DNA of 64,000 nucleotides from Spirochaetia bacterium (GTDB lineage Bacteria; Spirochaetota; Spirochaetia; SZUA-6; Bin103). Below are positions 1-8,440 of this stretch, one piece after another. The notes under the pieces are model-generated. The model had not been told where the DNA came from, searched no databases, and saw only the letters and a list, made by a program, of their open reading frames with translations. The translations under genes were made by a program, and so were the position numbers. Each line of letters begins with the position of its first letter. Position 1 is the first letter of the stretch. The stretch spans positions 6,336,001 to 6,400,000 of the forward strand of contig CBDBDQ010000005.1 of NCBI GenBank assembly GCA_965203905.1. Reading direction: 5' to 3'.

Positions 1-45
1 AACGGGCATCGGTAGCAAGGACCGAGCGCGCTACCGATGCCCGTT
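1..45. repeat. Perfect 16-bp inverted repeat with 13-nt loop
   Basis: aacgggcatcggtagc (1-16) and its reverse complement gctaccgatgcccgtt (30-45); may extend past the window edge. Confidence 0.85.
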
Positions 46-63
46 ACGGGTACAGGTGGAACG

Positions 64-99
64 AAAAAAAGGGGCTCTACAGGTAGCTGCAGAGCCCTT
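64..99 (-). terminator. Intrinsic terminator
   Basis: Minus strand reads GGGCUCUGCAG-cuac-CUGUAGAGCCC then C and U7; 11-bp stem whose G-U pair works only on the minus strand. Confidence 0.85.
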
Positions 100-190
100 G
101 ATCGGCCCCCGGCCAGCTTGTGACGGCCGACCGAGGAACGCTATCCACCAAAAAGGGGATAGTCTTCCAAGCCCGACTTAACGGGATACA
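64..190 (-). ncRNA. Candidate structured small RNA downstream of the PemK-like toxin (possible RNA antitoxin)
   Basis: Bounded by the promoter at 197-226 and the terminator at 64-99; hairpins cccg/cggg, ctatcc/ggatag, tcggtcggcc/ggccg..gccga and the terminator stem. Confidence 0.5.
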
Positions 191-196
191 GTCGAA

Positions 197-226
197 ATTA
201 TGCCGGCTCTTTGCGGATTACGTCAA
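197..226 (-). promoter_or_regulatory. sigma70-like promoter in the toxin 3' end
   Basis: Minus strand TTGACG (226-221), N18, CATAAT (202-197), overlapping the toxin stop codon. Confidence 0.6.
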
Positions 227-560
227 GCCCCAGTGCCTTGATCACGCCGGCCCGGATGGCCTCAAGGACGTCGGGCGGTACCCGTGGCGTCCCGTACTTC
301 GGCTTACCGCCCTTCTTGACCCTTACCCGGTCAAGTCGGTCCACAGATACTGTGTACAGCATGTCGCACTTCGCCCAGGAACCTCCTCGGCGGCGAAGAG
401 TACGCGGCAAGGACTGGCGACCTATCCGACAATGAAAGGGCTGCACTGGTCGCGGAGCAGCAGAGCTCAGCGATACGACGGTGCACAGCCGAGCTCCTGA
501 CCTTCCGCTCGGGCGGTATGACCACAATGGGTCTCACCTTGACCATTTCTGGCGGATTCC
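198..560 (-). pseudogene. PemK/MazF-like (YifN-type) endoribonuclease toxin, frameshifted and 5'-truncated
   Basis: PPEMVKVRPIVVI in one frame continues as RLCTVVSLS...WAKCDMLYTVSVDRLDR...IRAGVIKALGL in another; frameshift near 495-515; usual N-terminal CDF segment absent. Confidence 0.75.
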
Positions 561-946
561 AGCTTAATCTGTGTCCGTTGTCCGAACTGCGTGTATCTCA
601 GCCTACGTGACGTTGCTCTCTGCCCGAGTCCACGCGAAAAAGGAACGGACGTTTGTGGAGTAGTTGATGCATTTCGTCCGTAACGAGGCAGCAGTGAACG
701 CCGAGAACACCCGCACGTGGCGCCTAACCGCTGACACCATGTCGTCAATCCGTGGCAGCCACGCCCTTCGCCGTATCGGTCGCGCCGGTTGACGGTGCGG
801 ACAAAGTGGGGATAGTCTCCTCGTGCGCTTCAAGCGCACTCTTGCTCGACTCCCAATCGGCGGGTGCACTTGCCCCCAACGTGTGACTTGGTTCCCAACA
901 CCAGCGTGCTTGCACGTCTTCGTCGAGTGGGTCGGCACATCACGAG

Positions 947-1618
947 ATGAGCATGGAGATGGAAGCTGACTTTCACGACGAGATGCTGAGCCTATATCGC
1001 CGTACGGGCGTGGCGACCGGGGTCTGGCACAACTACTTCCTCCGATCCGTGCACAGGGAAGGAGGACTTGTCTTTGCGAAGAAGCTTCTTGCTCCGACAA
1101 AGACGAGCACAGGTTTCGATTCGCTGGTGAAAGCACAAAGAGCGGACCTGTCCGTCGAGGCGCTCGTCGTCAAGCAGCGTTACGCCCATCTCTTCGGACC
1201 GGACGAACTTGAAGAAGCTCAACGCCGTTTGACTCAGGTTCCCGACTCCGGCTTCCCCAAGGAGTCGGATGGACCGGAGACGCTAGGTGAGATAACCGAC
1301 GGCGAAACATACCAAGAAAAGTCCGTCCAACATGTATTGGTAAACCGTCACGAACGCAATTCAAAGGCGAGAAAGAAGTGTATTGAGCACTTCGGGGCGC
1401 GTTGCAAGGTGTGCGATCTTGACTTCGAGCGGCGCTATGGCGAAGTCGGAAGAGGCTTCATTCACGTACATCATCTACGCCCTCTCGGGCGACTAAAGTC
1501 TTCGTATCGACTCGATCCACTCAAGGACCTGATTCCTGTATGTCCAAACTGTCACGCCATGCTACACCGTCGGAATCCGCCGTACGACGTTGAGCAGTTG
1601 CGCGGTCAATTGCGATAG
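947..1618 (+). CDS. HNH endonuclease, McrA-like C-terminal domain plus small helical N-terminal domain
   Basis: ERN..AR..CIEHFG..C.VC..DFE..YG..G.GFIHVHH..PL...PVCPNCHAMLH. Confidence 0.88.
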   Translation: MSMEMEADFHDEMLSLYRRTGVATGVWHNYFLRSVHREGGLVFAKKLLAPTKTSTGFDSLVKAQRADLSVEALVVKQRYAHLFGPDELEEAQRRLTQVPDSGFPKESDGPETLGEITDGETYQEKSVQHVLVNRHERNSKARKKCIEHFGARCKVCDLDFERRYGEVGRGFIHVHHLRPLGRLKSSYRLDPLKDLIPVCPNCHAMLHRRNPPYDVEQLRGQLR

Positions 1619-2137
1619 AGTCTTCTGCGGACTATCGCCTGGAAGAAACGCGGCGAAGGAGGTAGCATCCATGTTGAGAACGAGTAAGCTGATGGCACCT
1701 ATAAGTGCCGTCAGCGGTCGGACCAATGGCTGACCTTCTGACCGAACACTTGGACCCGCTTCTAACCCGAACACGTGCACTCCGCCATAGCCTCGAGCTT
1801 CGCCTGATTCTTGTGATCAACGTACCCGGCCTGACCCTACACCTATCCGCTCGTTCGGAACTGCGTACGTTCGGCGTGCCGGCCCTGTACGTGTCACAGT
1901 TCCATCTATGGGCGAAGCGTGGCACTAAAAAATCCAACCAAAACAGTAGCCCATAGACCAAGTGCAAACGACCAACCGATACGCCAACCCACCTATCGAT
2001 GCAGCAAAGGAACAAGACTAACGGACAAAGTAAAACCTGCTCCATGGCTCCGCCAAGCGCGCCACATGCACAAATCGTACAAACCGCCCTATCCGTGGCT
2101 ACGACAGGTTAATCGATGATCCTTTTACCATAGTGAT

Positions 2138-2968
2138 TCAGACTGGATGTTGTCGCGGTCTCTCCTCATAGCCGATATTCACAAAGTTAAAACACTTCCC
2201 CAGAATGTCGATCAATTCCTCGTCGTATACACGGCGCGAGTTACTATGAGCGATCTGCTGGCTTCTATTTAGGAAATACGCAACAAAGTCAGCCAGCTGA
2301 ATTAGACGACAGATCTTGGAGTCTTCAAAATGAACTCGGATAAGGTCGGACTCTTCCCATCGCAGGGGAACGAGACCTGTTCGGCCTGGTTTCTTCTTAC
2401 CGGCGTCGGAAAATATCTCCCATTTGGTGCTTGGAAATTCTTCCGTGATGTAATCTCTACATCTCCGTATACAGAGAAGAAATGCTGCATCCTTCGGTGA
2501 CTCCAAATCTATTCCGAATTTCTGACGAATGAATCCTACATTCTTCTCTGATCCCATATTAACTAACTGCTGATGACTCTCATTACCCTTCCATAGAGTC
2601 TGAACAATGATCGGAAATTTCATGATACGAAAGATCTCAGCAACACCGGCTATCACTCCCTTCAAGGCTCCTATAGGCACCTCAGCCCAGCAGTTCTGTC
2701 TCTGAAAGATTTCGTAGGCATGTAGTTCAGCAGCCCCAAACCGCGCCTTTACTTCGTCGTGTATGCCATCCATCTGTGAGATGGCGTACTGCGATAGTGA
2801 AGGGGGAACCAACACAGCAATCCATGTTTGTCTGTCCTGTGACCCATTCCGCGTTTCGATTTTCGAACCGCCATCATCCATCAGGACAAGTCCAGTTCCA
2901 TCCAGGCCAGAAGATCTCTGAAGATTTAGGAAATTGCTGGAAATCGTATTCACTTTACAGACCTCCAA
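2138..2968 (-). CDS. DUF3800-family protein (RNase H-like fold)
   Basis: N-terminal MDDGGS, ELHAYEIF, C-terminal DSK..RLIQLADFVAYFLNR; low GC; start uncertain. Confidence 0.7.
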   Translation of the reverse strand: MEVCKVNTISSNFLNLQRSSGLDGTGLVLMDDGGSKIETRNGSQDRQTWIAVLVPPSLSQYAISQMDGIHDEVKARFGAAELHAYEIFQRQNCWAEVPIGALKGVIAGVAEIFRIMKFPIIVQTLWKGNESHQQLVNMGSEKNVGFIRQKFGIDLESPKDAAFLLCIRRCRDYITEEFPSTKWEIFSDAGKKKPGRTGLVPLRWEESDLIRVHFEDSKICRLIQLADFVAYFLNRSQQIAHSNSRRVYDEELIDILGKCFNFVNIGYEERPRQHPV

Positions 2969-3556
2969 GTGAAAGCTATCTCAGTGCACTGTGAATTTGC
3001 ATACGAAGTGCGCAAGTTCATGGTGGCCAGTCAGTATCTCTCAACGAAATCGATTCATTTCCATTCCTCAAGCTGCTGATCATGTTTCAGTTGCGTCCTG
3101 TGAATGGTAAGATCAACGTCGACCACAATTCATCGAAGCCGACTCCCAACCACTCGAAATTGTCAATCCAGCCGCCGCCCGCTTCGAACAAATTGGTTTC
3201 CCGCGTCTGAAAGTCCAAGCCCTCGTCGGGGAAACAGAACATACCAAGCCCAATATACGCTGGATAGACTACGGCGTCAATGGCAATCGAGAGAGCATCC
3301 ACGCTTTCGTCGGATTGCAGTTGATCCTAACGTCCATCCGACATTCGATCTGGTTTCGGTTTGGGTTGGGAAAGTGGGTGACCGGAACCCTGCTTTAGGA
3401 CGTGCACCCCAGGTGGCTCGACGGTAGTAGCGGGTTCGTTTTGTGAGAGTAGTCGTATGTCCGCGCGCGCTCTTTAGTCGAATCTGGATTTGGTACGGCT
3501 CGCCCTGCCGGATCTACTAAGTGCGGTTCACGCAGCTTTCGCAGGTTGTGCACTTT

Positions 3557-3588
3557 CGTTTCGCGAAACGGAACGAACGCATTGTTCG
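3557..3588. promoter_or_regulatory. Palindromic operator-like sites upstream of the MDR-CapA operon
   Basis: Perfect 14-bp palindrome cgtttcgcgaaacg (3557-3570) next to CGAAC-N5-GTTCG. Confidence 0.35.
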
Positions 3589-3661
3589 AAGCGCGCATTG
3601 TCACAGCACTGGCGGGTAGCGGCTCCATCCCGTACCATGCGGGCGGGGAGGAGCGCAGGCG

Positions 3662-4651
3662 ATGGCGGAGGCGATGTGGCGGGCGGCGAAGGGAGCGGGA
3701 GTCGGCAACGTCTTCCTGGAGCGGGTGCCGGTACCCGAACCGGGGCCCGGCGAAGTACTGAGCCGTACCCGGGTGAGCCTCATCAGCCGCGGTTCGGAGC
3801 TGTGGCGCCGCTACGTGCTGGAGGAAGCCGTCAACCCGGACATCATGGGCTACTCCACCGCCGGGGTGGTGCAGCAGGCGGGTGCGGGCGTCACCGGTTT
3901 CGCCCCCGGCGACCGGGTCGCGGTCACCGCGCCGCACGCCGAGTACTCGCTGCGCGCGGTCAACGCCGAGGAGTCGGACCCGCGCGTGATTCATCTGCAC
4001 TCCGAGCTTTCCTTCGATCAGGGTACGTTTCGTCCCCTGGCGACGAGTGGCGCCTGTTGGGCACAGGCGCTCGGCATCACCGCGCAGGATCGGGTTGCGG
4101 TGCTGGGACAGGGCCTGGTGGGTAACCTCGTGATGCAGTTCGCGCGCGGCTACCGCCCTGCCCAACTGATCGCCGTTGACAGCCTCGAACTGCGCTGCCG
4201 CGTGGCCCGCGAGACGGGGGCGCCGGAGGTGGTTCACGCCGGCGAGGAGGATCCGGTTGCGGCGGTGCGGCGGCTGACCGGCGGCGCCGGCGCCAGCATC
4301 GTCGTGGACTGCGTGGGCGGGCCGCCGGGCGTAGCCTCGTTCGAGCAGGCGCAGCGGATGGTCAGCGACGGCGGCCTGATTCAGGTCAACGCCAAGTACC
4401 ACAAGCAGCCGCTGCCGCTGCACGTGGACCGCTTTCAAGGCAAACGGATACTCGTCAGCTATCCGGCAAACATCGACCGCGCCGCGCTGGGCAGGGCCGC
4501 GCTGGCGGCGCTGGCGGCGGGAGAGGTTCGGGTCGAACCGCTGGTCACCCACCGCTTCGAGGCCAAGGACCTGAAGGCGGGCTTCGACTTCCTCTACCAC
4601 CACCCGGAGCGCGCGCTGGGGATCCTGGTCGAGTGGCCGCGCGGGAGCTGA
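3662..4651 (+). CDS. Medium-chain (MDR) dehydrogenase
   Basis: SLISRGSE, GYSTAG, GDRV, VLGQGLVG Rossmann motif, LVTHRF. Confidence 0.85.
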   Translation: MAEAMWRAAKGAGVGNVFLERVPVPEPGPGEVLSRTRVSLISRGSELWRRYVLEEAVNPDIMGYSTAGVVQQAGAGVTGFAPGDRVAVTAPHAEYSLRAVNAEESDPRVIHLHSELSFDQGTFRPLATSGACWAQALGITAQDRVAVLGQGLVGNLVMQFARGYRPAQLIAVDSLELRCRVARETGAPEVVHAGEEDPVAAVRRLTGGAGASIVVDCVGGPPGVASFEQAQRMVSDGGLIQVNAKYHKQPLPLHVDRFQGKRILVSYPANIDRAALGRAALAALAAGEVRVEPLVTHRFEAKDLKAGFDFLYHHPERALGILVEWPRGS

Positions 4652-4657
4652 GAGACC

Positions 4658-5749
4658 GTGGCACGCAACTCGTACCTCCGCTTCGTCGGAGTGGGAGACG
4701 TCAATCTCCAGCACCGCGCCGACCCGGGCGGGGCCTTTGCCCGGGTGGCTGCGGAGCTTTCAGCCGCCGACGTGCTCTACGGCAACCTGGAGGGACCGCT
4801 GGCGGGCAGCGCCGACCCCAGCCCGATCCCCCACAAGCGCGGCTGGGTGCACTCCGATCCCGCCATGGTCGCCGGCCTGGAAGCCGCCGGCTTCGCCTTC
4901 GTGTCCTGCGCCAGCAACGTCACCTACCCGCCCAGCGCCGCCCTGCGTTCGCTGCAAGTGCTGGACGCCCACGCCATCCCGCACGCCGGCGCCGGCCGTA
5001 CCCTGGCCGAGGCGCGCCGTCCGGCAATCGTGGAGCGCCGCGGCCTGCGTTTCGGACTGCTCTCCTACACCTCGGTGTTCTGGCCCCATGGCCATGCCGC
5101 CGGACCCGACTCGCCCGGCGTCGCCACGGTACGCATCGACACCGCCTACGAGCCGGGACCGCGGGTGCTGGAGATGCCCGGCGCGGCCCCGGTGGTACGC
5201 ACCACGCCCGATCCTGAGGAACTGGCGGCATGCGTCGGTGACATCATGGAACTGCGGCCGAAGGTGGACCTGCTGGTGGTTGCGATGCACTGGGGCATCT
5301 CGGGGAGCACCGAGCTCGCCGAGTATCAACGCACCGTCGGCCGCGCCGCGGTGGACGCCGGGGCGGACCTGGTGCTCGGCGCCCACCCGCACGTACCGCA
5401 GGGCATCGAGATCCGCCCGCGGCCGGAGCCGGCGGCGCCCGGCATCATCTGCTACAGCCTGGGCAACTTCACGTTCGACTGGCCTGCCATGCACGGCCGC
5501 GCCGACGGCCTGCTGCTGCGCTGCCTGCTCGACCCCGAGCGGCGGTCACCGGTGCACGTCTCCTGCGTGCCGGTGGGGCGCAACGACGCCGGTCAGCCCG
5601 CGCTGCTGTCACCGCGCAGCTCACCGGGCCGGGACCTGGCGCGTTCGGTGAGCGCCCTGTCGCAGCCGTTGGGCACCGCGCTCCGCATCGACGACGCCGC
5701 CGATGACCTGGTCATCTGGTCGGCGCTGGAGGGACCTCCGGCCTCGTAA
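4658..5749 (+). CDS. CapA/PGA_cap-family metallophosphoesterase
   Basis: GDV, GNLEGP, HWG..E, GAHPHVPQG, YSLGNF motifs. Confidence 0.88.
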   Translation: MARNSYLRFVGVGDVNLQHRADPGGAFARVAAELSAADVLYGNLEGPLAGSADPSPIPHKRGWVHSDPAMVAGLEAAGFAFVSCASNVTYPPSAALRSLQVLDAHAIPHAGAGRTLAEARRPAIVERRGLRFGLLSYTSVFWPHGHAAGPDSPGVATVRIDTAYEPGPRVLEMPGAAPVVRTTPDPEELAACVGDIMELRPKVDLLVVAMHWGISGSTELAEYQRTVGRAAVDAGADLVLGAHPHVPQGIEIRPRPEPAAPGIICYSLGNFTFDWPAMHGRADGLLLRCLLDPERRSPVHVSCVPVGRNDAGQPALLSPRSSPGRDLARSVSALSQPLGTALRIDDAADDLVIWSALEGPPAS

Positions 5750-5754
5750 ACCGG

Positions 5755-6861
5755 CTACGTCGGTCCGGCACCCTGTGCGGCGCTTATCTCGGCGCACATA
5801 CGGGCCAGTTCCAGCACCCGCTCGTCGGGGGTGCCCGATTCGATGTCGGCGAACACCAGGTCGCAGGGGCCGTACCGCTCCGCGGTCTGCTCCAGGTCGG
5901 CGCGCAACTCCGCGCTCGCCTTGTCGCGCACGTCCATCGGCGTGTACATGAGGGCGCGGCGGCCGCCGGGAAACAGGGTGCGCGCCTTGTCCAGGTCGGA
6001 GTCGATGCCCATGTCGACGTAGGCTACGTCGGGGATGGAGGCGTAGTGCTCCAGGTAGGGGTTGGCGTTCCAGGCGCAGTTGTGGATGCCGATCAGCCCG
6101 AACGTCTCCGCGATGCGCAGGTCATGCGCCAGCAGGTACTCCTGGTAGTGCTGCGGCGACACCATGTTGACCAGGCAGTTGCTGACCGTGAAGTGACGGT
6201 TGTCCACTCCCGCCTCACGCTGCCGCGCATACAGCCGCTGCGCGCCGTCGATCATGGTGGTGGCGACGCAGGACAGCAGGTGGTGCACCCGGTCCGGCTC
6301 CCGCACCATCTCCAGAAACAGGTCCTCGCCGCGGATCCGATAGGCGCTGTTCAGCACCCCCTGCCAGTTGAGGTAGCCGCGCACGGTCCCGGTCTCGCGT
6401 TCGATCCAGTCGAGCTGCTCCATCAGCGCCGCGAACGCGGCACTGCGATCCAGGTCGGGCGGCTCCAGCCGGTCCACGGCCGGCCCGTCCAGGTGCTGGC
6501 GCGCGCTCCAGGGCCAGTTGTCTTCCTGATACTCGATGGGGATGCCGTACAGCAGCGCCACGAACGAGGCGCCGTGGACCCCGGTCAGCAGGTCGGTGGG
6601 CGCCTCCGGATCCTCCACCTGGCCGATCGGCAGCGCCGGGAACCGGCGCCGGACCTCGCGCGCCATGGTCACCAGCGCGTCCCGTCGGTATCCGGGATCC
6701 AGATGCCAGCGCTCGCCGAAGTCGACCCCGACCGCATCGCGGTACCACTTGGGAGTGAAGCCGAACTCGGGACGCAGAAACGGCTCCTCGCCGCTTCCCG
6801 GCCGCCGCGTCGCGGGAGCGGACAGGGCGATGTAGCTGACCAGCTCGTCGTAGGCGCGCAT
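5755..6861 (-). CDS. Uroporphyrinogen decarboxylase / methyltransferase-like TIM-barrel protein
   Basis: QGVLNSAYRIRGEDLFLEM..P..VHHLL, VSPQHYQEY, HNC. Confidence 0.65.
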   Translation of the reverse strand: MRAYDELVSYIALSAPATRRPGSGEEPFLRPEFGFTPKWYRDAVGVDFGERWHLDPGYRRDALVTMAREVRRRFPALPIGQVEDPEAPTDLLTGVHGASFVALLYGIPIEYQEDNWPWSARQHLDGPAVDRLEPPDLDRSAAFAALMEQLDWIERETGTVRGYLNWQGVLNSAYRIRGEDLFLEMVREPDRVHHLLSCVATTMIDGAQRLYARQREAGVDNRHFTVSNCLVNMVSPQHYQEYLLAHDLRIAETFGLIGIHNCAWNANPYLEHYASIPDVAYVDMGIDSDLDKARTLFPGGRRALMYTPMDVRDKASAELRADLEQTAERYGPCDLVFADIESGTPDERVLELARMCAEISAAQGAGPT

Positions 6862-6871
6862 GGCGCCGGCC

Positions 6872-7648
6872 TCAGCCGCGGCCGATGTAGGGCATCTTGT
6901 TCGCCATCACCGTGAGGAAGGGCACGTTGGCATCGAGCGGCAGGCTCGCCATGTAGAGCACCGCGTCGGCCACGTGCTGCACGTCCATGGTCGGCTCCAC
7001 CATGGTGGTGCCGTTGGCCTGCGGTACGCCCTCGGACATGCGTGCGGCCATCGGCGTGTGGGCGTTGCCGATGTCGATCTGGCCGCAGGTGATGTCGAAA
7101 GGACGCCCATCCAGGGACGTGGCCCTGGTGAGCCCGGTGACGGCGTGCTTGGTGGCGGTGTAGGCCACCGAGTCGGGCCGCGGCACGTGGGCGGAGATGG
7201 AACCGTTGTTGATGATGCGGCCCCCCGCGGGCCGTTGCGCCTTCATGATCCGGAACGCCTCCCGGGTGCAGAGAAAGGAACCGGTCAGGTTGGTGTCGAC
7301 CACCTGTTGCCAGTGCTCGAGGCTGAGGTCTTCGAGCGGCACCCGTGGGGCACCTATCCCGGCGTTGTTGAACACCAGGTCGACGCGGCCGAAGGTATCA
7401 CAGGCCGCGTCGAACAGCGCCCGTACCGACTCCTGGTCGGCGACATCCGTCGGCACCACCAGGGTCCTCGCCTCCCCCTGCGCGTCGGTCGCCTGTGCCA
7501 CCATCAGCGCGACGCTTTCCTCCAGCGCCGCCCGCCGCCGCCCGGCCAGCGCCACGGCATACCCGTTGGCGTGCAAGGTCACCGCCGTCGCGCGCCCCAC
7601 GCCGCTCCCGGCGCCGGTCACTACAGCCACTCTCATCTGATCCGCCAC
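6872..7648 (-). CDS. Short-chain dehydrogenase/reductase
   Basis: [17 protein letters not shown]. Confidence 0.92.
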   Translation of the reverse strand: MADQMRVAVVTGAGSGVGRATAVTLHANGYAVALAGRRRAALEESVALMVAQATDAQGEARTLVVPTDVADQESVRALFDAACDTFGRVDLVFNNAGIGAPRVPLEDLSLEHWQQVVDTNLTGSFLCTREAFRIMKAQRPAGGRIINNGSISAHVPRPDSVAYTATKHAVTGLTRATSLDGRPFDITCGQIDIGNAHTPMAARMSEGVPQANGTTMVEPTMDVQHVADAVLYMASLPLDANVPFLTVMANKMPYIGRG

Positions 7649-7651
7649 GTT

Positions 7652-8329
7652 CTACAACGGTTCGTCGACGCGCACGTAGCGCGCCAGGTCCTGGGAGATC
7701 ACCACCGAATCCTGTGCGTCCTCGCGCTCCAGGATCAACTCTTCGTCGTTCACGCTGGTCAGCTTGATCGCCACGCCGGGCAGCAGCCGGTTCTCGTGCA
7801 GCAGGTGCATCAGGTCGGAGTTCTCCTCCGCCTCCTCGGTGATGCGTAGAATCCGGGTCTCCTCACCCTCCTCCACCTCCGTCAGGCGCCGTGCGTCCAG
7901 CAGCCGCCGCTCGTCACGGGAACCGGGAAAGGGATTGCCGTGCGGACAGGTCGTGGGCCGCCCCAGGCGTTCGAACAGGTGTTCCTCCAACCGCGACGAC
8001 AGCGAGTGCTCCAGCCGGTCGGCTTCCTCGTCCACGTCGACCCAGTCGAACCCCAACTCGTCGACCAGCAACCGCTCCAGCAGGTAGTGACGCCGGATGG
8101 TACGCTCCGCCTGCTTGCGGCCACGCGGGGTCAAGCGCAGTCCGTCGTCCGGGTCGAGCACGGCCAGACCATGTTGCGCCAGGCGCTTCATCGCCTGAGT
8201 CACCGCCGGGGGCGACACTCCCACGCGTTCCGCGATGCGGGCCCCGATCACCGGGCGTCCCTCGCGCAGCAGCAGATAGAGCTGTATGAGGTATTCGTTT
8301 TCGGTAGCGGATGAGCGTCTCGCAGTCAC
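7652..8329 (-). CDS. DtxR/MntR/IdeR metal-dependent regulator with FeoA-like C-terminus
   Basis: EYL..LY, wHTH, RRHYLLERLL, EADRLEH, TCPHGNP. Confidence 0.92.
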   Translation of the reverse strand: MTARRSSATENEYLIQLYLLLREGRPVIGARIAERVGVSPPAVTQAMKRLAQHGLAVLDPDDGLRLTPRGRKQAERTIRRHYLLERLLVDELGFDWVDVDEEADRLEHSLSSRLEEHLFERLGRPTTCPHGNPFPGSRDERRLLDARRLTEVEEGEETRILRITEEAEENSDLMHLLHENRLLPGVAIKLTSVNDEELILEREDAQDSVVISQDLARYVRVDEPL

Positions 8330-8440
8330 AACAGCAGTACCAGTCGACCCTGCAGCATGATAGCCGCCAGCCGAGCGGGGGTCAAGGAATCCAAAGCTGC
8401 CGGTAGCTGCCGGCCTGCCAGCGGCAGCCGCGGCCGCGAC

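Noticed and set aside
722-800. Integron attC site (gcctaac)
   Set aside because: No matching GTTRRRY arm at a suitable distance and no integrase.
1632-2119. Short ORFs in the island spacers (also 3087-3427 and 20405-21070)
   Set aside because: No recognisable motifs or RBS, and the frames conflict; left unannotated.
3574-3588. LexA box
   Set aside because: The spacer is N5, not the N4 of the CGAAC-N4-GTTCG box.
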